Below the pieces are notes generated by a model. The model worked only from the letters and a program-made list of their open reading frames with translations, searched no databases and was not told the origin of the DNA. The translations under genes and the position numbers were made by a program. Source: Selaginella moellendorffii (taxonomy: Eukaryota > Plantae > Lycopodiophyta). From it: a stretch of DNA of 64,000 nucleotides. Position 1 is the first letter of the stretch. Every line of letters begins with the position of its first letter. The stretch covers positions 4,440,349 to 4,504,348 of the forward strand of contig NW_003314262.1 of the NCBI RefSeq assembly GCF_000143415.4, given 5' to 3'. Below, piece by piece: positions 13,079-26,707 of this stretch.

Positions 13079-13638
13079 GAATCCTAGAGAAACTATCACT
13101 CGACGAGCTTCTCTTTTTAACTCACTAGATGAGCTTGGGAGATGGAGGGTGTGGGTTTTAAAGAGGGTCTGGGACAATGACAGGGCAACCTCTTTGATGC
13201 GCGGAATATGCGAACGCTATGGCCTTGGAGTCCAATTAACACACGGCAGGGAAGAAGCATCTTGGCCGTCCACGTGAGATGTTGATCGACGGTTGAGGCG
13301 GGGTTATGGGTGTTGAAATAAGGAAGCCAAGGCTAGGGTTTGATATCTTTTGGGGCGAAGGCGGCGTTTTGGGGTAAGCGCTAGTGCTCTGTTTCTAGGA
13401 GATTTTCTTGTAGATCTGGTGTCACGGCGTTGCTAGGTCGTTTGTGGGGTGGATTTGTGCTCGGTTCTTAGGTTTTCTTGTAGATCTGGTGTTACAGGGT
13501 TGCTGGATAGGTTTTCTTGTAGATCTGGAAGTGAGGTCTTGTGCTTGTGCTCGGTTTGTAGATCTGGTGTTTGTCTTATTGTTTGATGTCTGGGTTGTGG
13601 GCTCAATTTCTAACTCGATCTCTTGGCTGTGTAGGTGA

Positions 13639-15717
<2,079 letters not shown>

Positions 15718-16194
15718 TCCAACGATAAGTTTCATGGCGATGGCAAAGCTTTCTCTTGTATCATGAAAATCTTATTCGAATAGAGGAAGCAATGTTATTA
15801 CAAGTTTCTAAGATAGTGTGGTGGAGTTTCCGCGATCCATGATATACACTCGACATGGACCTGGACGCGTCCTTGTTGCACGAAGGATCTCCAAGGAAGT
15901 AGCCTTTGCGCACGCCATCGAAGATAAATCGAAAGCCACCGATTGCGAATGGAGAGAGCGAGGAGCATCGCCACCCGCGACACCGTGAGGCAATCCTCCT
16001 CCAAGATCATCAAGTAGCTCCCTGTTCCGAGGCTCAGCAAGAGAGCAAACAAAAGAGAGCAAAAGCTCCTCCTCCTCATTATCGTCATCGTTATCACTTC
16101 TCACGTGAAGAACATGAGCTCCTCTTATAAATTACCGAGAGAGAACGTTTGGTTCCTCGCGTTCCTATGTACACACCTGGGAGGAGCAGCGAGA

Positions 16195-17662
16195 TCACTG
16201 CTCCGTCTCGAGAAACTGCCAGCTTCCGCCGCTCGAAGTCGTGCTCTTCTCGTGGCTGAGGGATGAGGTGGACAGAGCTGCTGCGAATTCGTCGTCGTTG
16301 TCCTGCGGAGCTAGATCGCTGATAAGCTCCGGCTGCCAGTTGAAGATACTGCCCGCTTGGCTTGCGCTGTGGAAGCTGTCGAGGACGAGGCCTTCCACTT
16401 TCTTCTTCAAGAGTTCCACGTCTTCGTGGAGGATGGAAATCTCGCCTCTGAGAGAAAAGAAAGCCTTAGCAACAGAAGCATAAGAACTAGGAGATAAGAG
16501 CTTACTGGAGCGAGTCTACAACAGTCCCTTGTTTCATGAGGAACTCCCTTAGCTGTGTGGGGCAGACAAGTTTAGTTTGCAAGGAAGGCGGAGTAAAGAA
16601 GACCAAGCGTACCTTTGTGCAGTTATCAGCCTCTAAGTCTAGTTCGATCGACTCTTGTGTGATTTGTGCCAAAATGTCCTCTTCTTTTTGCAGTAGCTCC
16701 CGCGCAGCGGCTTCCTTTCGCAGCCTTTCCTCGTCAGCAACACGTTCATCTTCTTTGGCCTTGGCGATACGGTCTTGCAGTGTGGCTTTCATCTGGAATG
16801 ACGTGCGGATAAGAAAGCTCCAAAACCTTTACGTCTCTTACCTCTTCGAGAATATCGGAGGCCTTGAGCCACTCCGTCCGCACTTGCTGCACCCGAGAAA
16901 AGAGTTCTCTCGCTTCAGTTCCAAGCACTGCTTTCTCGCCGTAAACCTCTCCAGAGTGCTGTGATTCAGTGCGTTAGCATGGTATAGCATCTGTCGAGAA
17001 GAGCAACTTACCACTGCATTTGCTTCTCTAGCCTTGGCAACGGTCTTTCGAACTTCTTCGGCACTAGCATGTAAAGCTTCGACTCCCTCCAGGGCTTGAG
17101 CTTTCGCCGACCGAGCGGCAGCCTCGGCTTGCTCCGCAACTCTGCGTAGTTCTTTCATCTCTTGGATAGAAACCATCAAGTTTTGCTGCACGAAGAAACA
17201 GAAATCAAGCTTGAAATGGAAATTCTCTAGTCCCACCTTGTCAGTCTTGGTCTGCTCAATCATTTGCTCGATGGTCTCGCAATCCACTGCGTACATGGAG
17301 CTGGAAGCGCTCTTCCACACCCCCGGATCATCGGAAGAGACGGGCTCAGCGTTTTCGTCAACATTGTCGGTGTCAACAATGTCGGTGTCGGTGGAATCCA
17401 TGGCTGGAGCCTCGGAGAATTCTCGATAATCTAAAATCTGCGTGGACTCAATCGACCGACGCGCCTTCCAGTCCAGGACCTCACCCTCTATGAAATCGAT
17501 GCCGGCTTGGAGGTCATTCTTGTGCTCGATCGCAGTAGCTCGAATGATCCGGCGATCAACCTACACGCGCAAGAAAGAAATGTCACATACCATCTACTAC
17601 AGCAGAATCCAAGAAAGAAAAACCTGAGGATAGAGCTTCTCGAGAGCTGCGCACGTGTCCAT
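16195..17662 (-). CDS. CUE-like domain plus coiled-coil protein, multi-exon
   Basis: Exons 1-2 read MDTCAALEKLYPQ|VDRRIIRATAIEHKNDLQAGIDFI (CUE-like). Later exons are coiled-coil rich (LREFLMKQGTVVDSLQ|GEISILHEDV). Confidence 0.75.
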
Positions 17663-17879
17663 CGATCGAGGGAGAAACGGCAGCTCTGCGCAGCTGCCCA
17701 AGAACCCTAAAATTTCGAAGCCCTACAAAGAATATAATGCTCTTTTTGGCGCCACGTCAGATCCAATCCGGACAGTTAGTGCTTTCACCGCAATGGATGG
17801 CTGGGATTTGCCGTCAGCGAGAGCTAGGGTTCTTCTTTTTGGCTTCTCGGGATTGAGAGAGAGAGAGCTCGCGCTCGTC

Positions 17880-18585
17880 ATGGCGGAGGTCGAGGTGGAG
17901 TACCGCTGCTTCGTCGGCGGCCTGGCGTGGGCTACCGACGACATCAGCCTCGGCGAGGCATTCAAATCCTTCGGCGATGTCATCGAATCCAAGGTACCGT
18001 GTTGTGATCCGGGGCGCATTTCGCCGAAATCTTGCCCCTAGCAGCGGCAGCTGTGCCAAGAGCCCGCGCTCGCGCCCGGATCGAGAGAATGCGGGCGTTC
18101 TTGCGCCGTGATTTCTCACCAGAATGTGTGCGCAGGTGATTAACGACCGGGAGACCGGCAGATCTCGCGGATTTGGCTTCGTCACGTTCCGCGAGGAGCA
18201 ATCCATGAAGGACGCGATCGAATTGATGAACGGCAAGGACCTGGACGGGCGGAACATCACTGTTCACCAGGCACAGCAGAGGCCCGCCATGAGCAACGCC
18301 AACAAGTCGAGCCGCTATGGCGGATCGAACAACTACAGTGGTGGTGGTGGTGGCGGCGACCGTGGCTACACCAACGAGCGAGGCAGTGGTGGCTACAGCG
18401 ATCGTGGCGGCTATGGTGGGAGGAGGAATGGTGCTGGTGCTGGTGCTGGTGTTCCTGGCGGTGGTGGCGGTGGCGGTCCCGAGACAGGGAATGGTGGTGG
18501 TGCTGCCGGCGGCGGTGGACGCCGCTATGGCGGTGCTCGATCAGATGGCCGCTCCGACGTTGACAATTGGAGAAGAAACGAGTAG
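17880..18585 (+). CDS. Glycine-rich RNA-binding protein (RRM plus Gly-rich tail, GRP7/8-like)
   Basis: [13 protein letters not shown] (RNP2), intron about 17994-18135, [18 protein letters not shown] (RNP1), Gly-rich tail. Confidence 0.95.
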
Positions 18586-18747
18586 TCCCGGATCGATCAA
18601 GCTCGACTTCCAAGCCGAGAAGAAACTTACGTACGCGTTCTAATTGCCGCTGTTGGTGTGATATGGTATGATACAACCGGTGGAATACAAAGGTATGGTC
18701 TCTCTTTCGATTTTCTGTCATCTCTTTGGATGGGCTTTACGCGATCC

Positions 18748-20218
18748 TCACGCTGTCTTCAAGCGAATAGCGGCCAGCTCCGACTCGACGTAGTCTCCGG
18801 CAAGCGTCGCGGGATAGTTCTTGGCTGCTTGGGCCGATGCGAAGTGGCCTAGGGGCTGTAAGATCGCGTCCGAGGCAATGTGGCCGAACACCTGCGCGAG
18901 AGTTGGATGTGACGATGATGAGAAGTGGAGAGTTCTTACCGTGGAGGAGACTCTCCACAGGCTGCGTCCGGCCTGCTTCGCTGCCTCGGCTGCTGCGATG
19001 GTCTCCTTGGTCACTATGACTTCGTGCATTCCAGCGCTACACTCGCCGCCGGTTAGCCACTCGAGCTGTGAATCCAGGCGAGGAGGAAAAAGAGCTGAGA
19101 TGCTTGCGAGAAAGGATGGATGGAGCTTGAGTTACCTCTTTTCCGGCTTGGACGAGCAAGCATCCGGGAGGAACTCGCACGAGGAGCTTCTGGCCTTGCT
19201 TGAGCCAGATGTTGAGGCCGGGGAAGCGGCTTCTCCCGTGAATGGTGAGGAAGTTTAAGTCGTAGTGGTATCCGGCGAAGACGCTCCCTTCCTCGGTGAA
19301 CTTGGAGAGATCGCTACCTGTAGGAGCCAGAAGATGAGGTCCCTAAGACAACGAAACTTAGGAGAGATGGAAAAGAAAACGAGGAAGTTTAGAGTTCCAG
19401 TGTTCTTGCGCTACCTGAGACATCAAGGATGTGAATGCGTCGGGAGGAAGGCCAAATCCAATCGCAGCCATCTCGGCAACAATCTATGCAAACGAAAGTT
19501 TTGGAAAGTGTCAAGGAAAGAAACGAGAAAAGAGAGGCTTTTACCTCCACAGCTGCGATCATCTTGCGTCCCCATCCATCCATAACTTCGATCCAGTCGG
19601 GGAATCCTTCCGGGACTACTGGATCAGCGTTAAACTCCTGCGAAGATCATTGGAAGTTTTAAGATGCTAGACTCGATCGAGATCTATCTTCAAAGTCCTT
19701 AGAAATGCTAGAGTCGATCGATCTCTCTTCGAGTACCTTGAATCGCGTGTTGGCTGGACGGGGGCCGACTCTCCACATGTAGCGCCATTTTGGATCGGCC
19801 CCTACGGGCATTCGAGGCTTCTCGGAGTCTGGGATTTTCTCCATGCGTGCTTGGAGATCTTTGTCCAGAGCACACCGGGGAACTTCCACTCCCTCTGGTG
19901 TCACTCCCACCTAGAAAAAATTTGAAATAGAATGATCGAGGAAAGAATTTCTAGCCTAGGATCGAGATCTACCTGGTAGTGTAGATGACGACGCTCTTGC
20001 TGCCGCTTGAATTCGTCCGCCATGCCGAAATATCGCTCCATCATGTTGAGGAATCGATCGTTGTCCTCGGGCGTGCAGCGCGGATCGCGAAGAACAAGGG
20101 CTCCGGCTTCTCGCAGGCATTTGGCGACCTCCAGGCAGGAATTCCTCACATTCTCGGGCAGGGGCTGTGATCCGCGCGCCTCGAGGTATGGCTCCAGCTC
20201 CACCACTGGAAGATCCAT
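18748..20218 (-). CDS. 2-oxoglutarate/Fe(II)-dependent oxygenase family protein, multi-exon
   Basis: MDLPVVELEPYL..., VGVTPEGVEVPR, GADPKWRYMWRVGPRP, HYDLNFLTIHGRSRFPGL (HxD) and MHEVIV...WRVSSTVF. Confidence 0.88.
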
Positions 20219-20295
20219 CCTAGCCCTACCCAAAATCGCAGTGAGCGGCAAAAAAATGTAGCAAGAAAACGAAGAACTAGGGTTCTTCACGGGAA

Positions 20296-23200
20296 ATGCT
20301 TCTCGATGATAGGGTTTTGATCTCTCCGCCGGCGCCACACGATCGATCGAGAATCCCGGGTTCCAGGAGCTGCTCCTTCTCGCAGGAATCGCTGCTGACA
20401 CAGAAATCGCCGCTATTCGAGAGAGTAGTCGCCGATACCGACCAGGTACGCGATCGATTCGTCGATCTTCTCCGGCAATGCAGCCGATCCAAGGATCTGG
20501 CACGGGGGAGGCAGATTCACGCCAGCATTACCAGAAGCAGCGCTCCTCAAGATCCAGTCGTGGGGAACTGGCTCATACAGATGTATCTCAAGTGTGGGAG
20601 CTTGATCGATGCCTCGCAGGTGTTCTACCAGCTGCTGGAGACGAGTGTGGTGAATCTGGTGGCCTGGACCGCGCTGATCGCGGCTTATGCCCGGAATGGG
20701 CAAACCAAGCTCGCGATCCGGCTCTTTCAGCAAATGCAGCTAGAGGGGAATTCGCCCGACCGGATCACTCTCGTGACGATCTTCGAGGCGTGTGGCAACC
20801 CCGAGAATCTGGAAGATGGTAAGAAGATCCACGCCTATCTCTCTTGCAACTCGGACGTAGTTCTTGGCAGCTCTCTCATCACCATGTATGGAAAGTGTGG
20901 GAGTCTAAGCGAAGCTTGTTTGATGTTCCAGAGCATGGAGGAGTGGAACACCGTGGCGTGGAACTCTCTCATGGGAGCTTTCATCCAGCATGATCGAGTG
21001 GAGGAGGCGATGGAGCTCTACTGGGAGATGCTGCAGTGTGGATTCTTGCCGAGTAGACCGACTTTCCTGACGGTGTTGGCGGCCATCTCTAGCCTCGAGT
21101 CTCTACGACACGGTAAGCTTGTTCACGACACTCTTGCTGAGGCTGGTCATGAGGATGATGTTGTTGTCCAGACAGCGCTGGTAAACATGTATGGGAAGTG
21201 CGGAAGCGTGGTGGAAGCAGTGGAAGTTTTCGACAGGATGCCCCGGCACGATGTGATACTGTGGAGTGCCGTGATCTCGGCTCACGTCAACTGCGCCGAG
21301 TACGAAGAATCTCTCAGGCTTTTCCGGAAGATGCAGCTCGAAGGGAACAGGCCAAACAACGTGACGCTGGTCAGTGTTTTGAGCGCTTGCGAGGGGCCGC
21401 AGGCACTGGAGACAGGGAAAGGGATTCACGAGTGTGTTGTGGAGGCCGGGTACGAGGGGGACTTGATCGTCGGGAATGCCATTGTGAGCATGTATGGGAA
21501 GTGTGGCAGCTTGGAAGACGCGTGGGATGTCTTTCACAGGGTGCCGCGGAGAAGTGTGGTGACTTGCAACGGGATGATGGGGGCTTGTGCCGTGCAAGGG
21601 GACTCGTCAGGTGCTCTCAAGCTCTTCCGGTATATGGTGCACGAAGGCATCGAGTTTGACAACATCACCTTCCTCAGTGCTCTCTGTGCGTGCTCGGGCA
21701 CCTCGGGCTTGTCTCACGGCGAGTTCTTTCACGCTCGCATGCTGGAGTGCGGGCTTGAGCTGGACATATTCGTCGCGAATGCACTCGTCAACATGTATGG
21801 CAAGTGTGGGAAAGTAGAGGCTGCCGAGCACGTCTTTGAAGAGCTCCCAGAGCAAGATGTTCGTACATGGAACGCGATGATTCTGGCCTACGTCCAAAAT
21901 GAAGAGGAGAGAAGCGGACTTTTGGTGTTTCGACACATGATGCAGAGTGGATACAAGCCGGACGAAGTTACCTTCGCGATAACTCTCAACGCTTGCTACC
22001 ATCCCAGGTTCTTGAGGGATGTTCATTCTCTCATTTCTGAGACGGGGATATCAAACACAGTCGTTCAGAACGCGCTGGTTGTCATGTACGGGAGATTTGG
22101 TCTGCTGGAGGAAGGTTATCAGGTGTTTGAGAAGCTGGATCAGGAGAGCATTACGAGCTGGAACGTCATGATAGCCTCCTGTGCTCAGAGTGGACAAATG
22201 GAGGCGGCATTTTCTCTCTTCAGGGAAATGCAACACCAAGGAGTGGTTCCGAACAAGGCAACACTCCTCATCATGATCAATGGCTGTTCCACCTCAAGCG
22301 AGGCAAAACTTCTGCAGTGCTACTGGACAGACGAGCTGCTAGAGTCGCACAACATATTGAAGGTTGCTCTTGTGAGTCTCTACGGTCGATGTGGAAGCTC
22401 TCGTGAAGCTCTGGACATCTTTGGAAGACTGGAATCGCCGCCTACAGCGTGCTGGAACTCGGTCATCTTCGCTCATGTCCAGAGTGGGAGGGACTCCGAA
22501 GCGTTGAAGATGTTCTGGCGGATGCAGCAAGCCGGTGTTTGGCCAGACAAAACCAGCTTTGTGGCCGTCGTCAAGGCGTACTCCAACGTGGGGATGACAG
22601 AGCCGGAGATCGACTGGTTACGAGCAGTGATAGCCAACAGCGACGTGGAAGACGGAGTCCCCATTGGAAATGCTCTCATCAGCATGTATGGGAGGTGTGG
22701 CAGCTTTGGAAAAGCTCGAGACCTCTTCGACAGCATGGCCGAGCGAGACGCGGTCACTTGGAACACGATGATGAGCGTCTCGGAGCAACTGGAGCACGGG
22801 AGAGACTCCATCCAGCTCTTCCGACAGATGCTACAGGAAGGAACTCCTCCAGACAAAGTCACCATCCTCACCGTCCTCAACGTCTGCGCGAGCCTCCCAG
22901 CGCTGCAAGAAGGCAAAGCGATCTGCGTGTGGCTGGACCACACTCCACTCTCGGCGAACCAGATGATCGGCAACGCCATCCTCAACATGTACGCGAAGTG
23001 TGGATCCAGAGACGAAGCTCGCAGGATCTTCAGCGTGATGCAAGGCCGGGACGCCGTCTCCTGGAACGCGCTCATCGGGGCCTACGGATCCTACAGCCGG
23101 GGGAGGTACGCGTTCCAGATCTTCCAGGCGATGCAGCTCGAAGGCAGCACCCCGGACGCCGTGACTTTCACCACGATCCTGTCGGTGTGTAGCCACGGTG

Positions 23201-23511
23201 GTCTCTTGGGCGAGGCCGTCAAGTGGTTCCGGTGGATGAGAGAAGACTACTACGTGGAGGCCGAGACGGGGCACTATGGCTGCATCGTGGATTTGCTGGG
23301 ACGCCTGGGACGAGTTCCAGAGGCCGAGGAGGTGGCCGAGAAAATGCCCGCTGGGACCGATCCGATCGTGTGGACGACGCTGCTGAGCGCTTGCCAGGTC
23401 CATGGTGAAACGCAGCGAGGGAAGAGAGCCGCGGAGAGACTGGTGGAATTGGATCCAGAGGTGACCTCCGCCTACGTTGTGCTATCCACGATCTATAGGA
23501 AGGAAGAATAA
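20296..23511 (+). CDS. PLS-class PPR protein with E-type C-terminus (1071 aa)
   Basis: Repeated LVNMYGKCG/WNAMI PLS triplets. Ends HYGCIVDLLGRLG...WTTLLSACQVHG...YVVLS. Intronless, no DYW. Confidence 0.95.
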   Translation: MLLDDRVLISPPAPHDRSRIPGSRSCSFSQESLLTQKSPLFERVVADTDQVRDRFVDLLRQCSRSKDLARGRQIHASITRSSAPQDPVVGNWLIQMYLKCGSLIDASQVFYQLLETSVVNLVAWTALIAAYARNGQTKLAIRLFQQMQLEGNSPDRITLVTIFEACGNPENLEDGKKIHAYLSCNSDVVLGSSLITMYGKCGSLSEACLMFQSMEEWNTVAWNSLMGAFIQHDRVEEAMELYWEMLQCGFLPSRPTFLTVLAAISSLESLRHGKLVHDTLAEAGHEDDVVVQTALVNMYGKCGSVVEAVEVFDRMPRHDVILWSAVISAHVNCAEYEESLRLFRKMQLEGNRPNNVTLVSVLSACEGPQALETGKGIHECVVEAGYEGDLIVGNAIVSMYGKCGSLEDAWDVFHRVPRRSVVTCNGMMGACAVQGDSSGALKLFRYMVHEGIEFDNITFLSALCACSGTSGLSHGEFFHARMLECGLELDIFVANALVNMYGKCGKVEAAEHVFEELPEQDVRTWNAMILAYVQNEEERSGLLVFRHMMQSGYKPDEVTFAITLNACYHPRFLRDVHSLISETGISNTVVQNALVVMYGRFGLLEEGYQVFEKLDQESITSWNVMIASCAQSGQMEAAFSLFREMQHQGVVPNKATLLIMINGCSTSSEAKLLQCYWTDELLESHNILKVALVSLYGRCGSSREALDIFGRLESPPTACWNSVIFAHVQSGRDSEALKMFWRMQQAGVWPDKTSFVAVVKAYSNVGMTEPEIDWLRAVIANSDVEDGVPIGNALISMYGRCGSFGKARDLFDSMAERDAVTWNTMMSVSEQLEHGRDSIQLFRQMLQEGTPPDKVTILTVLNVCASLPALQEGKAICVWLDHTPLSANQMIGNAILNMYAKCGSRDEARRIFSVMQGRDAVSWNALIGAYGSYSRGRYAFQIFQAMQLEGSTPDAVTFTTILSVCSHGGLLGEAVKWFRWMREDYYVEAETGHYGCIVDLLGRLGRVPEAEEVAEKMPAGTDPIVWTTLLSACQVHGETQRGKRAAERLVELDPEVTSAYVVLSTIYRKEE

Positions 23512-23929
23512 TAAAAGCGTTCAATTGTGTGAAGTCAATAGAAGGCTCGTTGACTTACTAAAACCAGTCAACCGTAAGCTGACCAGTGGTCAATCCTCTT
23601 TTTGCTGATGGTCTGTGAACTGACAAATTCATATACAGACGTTTGCTCATTCTGGAAATGTTCTGGTCCAAGTGCCTCGGTTTGGGCTACTCATGTCTTG
23701 CGTACTATTGTGACTCGGTTGCGCTCAATGAAACCAATCACCATCATAACCCAGAATAGATGGCCATCGCCTCCAAAATACACTAGTCCTCGTTGTCAAG
23801 TAATTCGCTACGGTTTCAATCTCTCCACCCTGAGCCGTGTAGAAACGATTGTTCCCACGGTCCCATCCAAATGATAAGCAGCAACCTGGCCAGTGGTTTC
23901 AACGATTCATGAAAAGAGTTGCAAAACAA

Positions 23930-24500
23930 ACTTACCCGACAACCGGAATTCAGTGCAGATAATTCGTGATTGCCAGAGAAATCCAGCCACTGAGGATCAC
24001 ATGAAGTATCTGTGACAAAGAACTCCCCCTAAGTACCATCCTCTAGGCATATATCCGGCCTCATGAAGTAGGATGCATTTACCATTGCAGCAGTGGCTTT
24101 GCATGTAGCTTCTCCATCTTTAACTACATTGTAAAGCTGAGAAGAATACTCTCGCATGCCGGGCTGGTCTTCGTTGAATGCTCCCCAGAAAGCGTCTCAA
24201 GTTGTATCTCCCCCATACTCACTAAAGGCGCAGTTTGTTGGCTGACTAAAATGGACACCTGAGATTTTAGCTGGAGCATCCTTCCATCTTGGTCCAATGC
24301 ATTCATCACGCACAAAGTCTCCCCAGTGACGATCACAGTTTGTTGGGTTATGAAAGTAGACTTTTGCTGCACAGAAAGAGGAAATAGCAAATTCCACGCA
24401 AAACTCTTCAACATCGTTGGAAGCTGGGAGGATGCCTGTTGGCACACTCCACCCATCATTGACAAATTCTCCCCAATGCACACCACACTTGCCAGCTGAG
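23930..24500 (-). pseudogene. Cys/Trp repeat protein relic (C-x2-3-WG[EDA]F repeats) with two in-frame stops
   Basis: One frame reads CGVHWGEF...PTNCDRHWGDF...PTNC...TT*DAFWGAF...PDIC..GT*GEFFVTDTSC. Confidence 0.55.
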
Positions 24501-25194
24501 AAAAAAACCAAAAGAACATAATGAGCATCGTGGATATTGAGAAGGAGAGAAGAGGTGATTTTTGAACATTAGATATTTACCAGTGGAGGGATTTGTCACC
24601 ACATGTTTGTGATATTTTTAAATTTATGGATGACTGATTTACATTTGTGAGTTCATAGCTTTAATTCATTTCTCATATCAAGACATAACTCATTTTATAA
24701 TAAACATAAGAAAAATCATCAATGATCAATAAAATTTTATGCAAGAAACAATAAATTTTACATGAACTATTAATGATAATTTCAAGAGAATGAAAAGCAC
24801 AGCTAAAGTAGTACATAGTCCTATGGTATTGACTTTGATGGGACCATGGGAACAATTGTTTCTACATGGCACATGCTCAACCATTTCATAGTGAGCATGC
24901 CAGGATACAACATTTCGCTGGAGCTTGCCCCGTTGGAGCGTATGCCAAAACAGGGCATCTGGATGAGGAAAATCTGGTAGATGGGATGTTACGTGTCTTG
25001 GCTACGATGGTCAACCTCTTATCGGAAAGAGGTCTTGTCAGTGAATCAAATGTACTCGATTATATGTATATCAAATGCCCCTCTGGGACATGGCGCCCAC
25101 TAAATCTCCTAATCTCTGTTCTTGTGGCATCGCAATGGTCACGCTTACGTTCCGTGAAGACAATGTAATCGCGAAGACAACATCGAGTACGTCA

Positions 25195-25258
25195 TGCGCA
25201 GCCGGGGAATCGAACCCCGGTCAGTACCGTTACTATGATACCACTACACCAGCTGCGC
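25195..25258 (-). tRNA. tRNA-Gly(CCC)-derived gene lacking the anticodon loop (pseudo-tRNA)
   Basis: Minus strand reads GCGCAGCTGGTGTAGTGGTATCATAGTA-ACGGTACTGACCGGGGTTCGATTCCCCGGCTGCGCA. Acceptor stem, D arm and T arm are intact. Length is 64 nt versus 71 nt for plant tRNA-Gly(CCC). Confidence 0.85.
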
Positions 25259-26399
25259 CTTGACATTAACAAGACTTTTGCTCAATCCACATGGCAGTCT
25301 TCCACGAAGCGAGCTGGATTTTTTGCCAACACTCGGATAGCGTGCTGGTCGCTTGATGATTTCGTCAGGAGAGAATTCAAGGTGTGTCCAATTTGGAAGC
25401 ACGTCTCAAAGAGAGAGAGACATCACTGGATTCACCCTCGGCAAGATTTCCAACGCTTGGCGTCTAGTCATTGATCCACAAAGATATATATATACTTGCA
25501 AAATCAAGAAGTGATTCGTGAGTGAGACGGGCGATAAGATCACTTGATCTTTCGACCATGGATTTGCCTCATTCGAACGTGGCGTTGCCTCGTTCCACCA
25601 CGGCCTGCCTCCTGCCGTGGGGTGATCCAGATCTGGAGGTACTATGTTGTATAGATAACGAGAGGTTTTGAATTTGCAAAAATGCAAGACTTAAATCAGA
25701 TTAAGATGTATAGGCAAAGTGCCAGCGCTCTATGATCTGGAAAACTTTTGAGAACTGGTCCCAGAGACAAAGAAAGAAGGATTGGCATGACAAGTATTTC
25801 GGTTGCTCACCAACTCTATCTGTAAGCTTCACTCACCCAACCTAAACTCCAATTAATCACCCCAAATCACATACTGTAGACAGGGAAACTGGCATCACAG
25901 ACACAAGCCAAGTATGCAATGCCAGATTCATTGCCAAAGCCTCCAGCTGCTTCTAGTAGGAGCTTCTCGTGGGTGGCAGCAACAAAGTGGATCTGACACC
26001 ACTTCTCTCTCCCATTTTTCCTTTAAAAAAATGCTATTGTCACTCACCAGCAGTTTACAAGCGACAAAATCGTTCCTTAGTGCCCTGTTCTTGTGATATC
26101 AATGCGCGCCTGGGTGGGGACCTCTTTCCTCATCGTTGAAAGAAAAAATCCGTCCGGGACGGTTTGCGATGGACAAGTGTGGATGGCTTCTTGTGCCGTC
26201 TTTGCAAGCTCTCGCATAAATCAAAGTTTTTCTATGGTGTTAGAGAGCTCTATGGTGACTATCAAACAATAATCTTATCTTACCTATACATAATTTGATC
26301 ATGGTGGAAGAAGTCGCCATTCACAAAGACGGGTGAAAAGAGCATGCCAACGTTTCCCACATTGGCGTGATTCTAGGAGTCAGATGTCTTTAGAATATT

Positions 26400-26600
26400 C
26401 TCCGAGGGGACACGTCGACTGAGCCTTATCCTACGGGCATATACGCATGTTGGGCAATGTATATTCGCATGTACGGGTGTCCATATGTTCGCTGACACGT
26501 GTCCAGGGCTCGTCAGCCCTAGACGGTCGGCGGGTGGGGACCACGTCAGCCGTGGAAAAACCTTGGCTTAACCCCGCCGTTATCTTTATAACGGAGGAGC
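26400..26600 (+). promoter_or_regulatory. ABRE/G-box-rich promoter of the first TIP
   Basis: GACACGTC, GACACGTGTC and CCACGTCAG motifs upstream of a TATA-like TTTATAA. Confidence 0.5.
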
Positions 26601-26707
26601 TTTAAGCCCCCTTGAAAAAGCTCTCTTTTCTTTCTCCTCCCTCACTCTCTTCTCTCTTTTTTTTCTTCTTTGTTCTTCGTTTTTCTTGGACTTTTTGATC
26701 GAAGATC

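Noticed and set aside
12335-13087. 250-aa antisense ORF over the germin gene, and similar shadow ORFs over PPR, ubiquitin and TIP genes
   Set aside because: Expected from GC-rich codon usage, and no motifs are present.
24866-25168. Small ORF with a PPR-like AYAKTGHLDE fragment
   Set aside because: Single degenerate motif, insufficient support.
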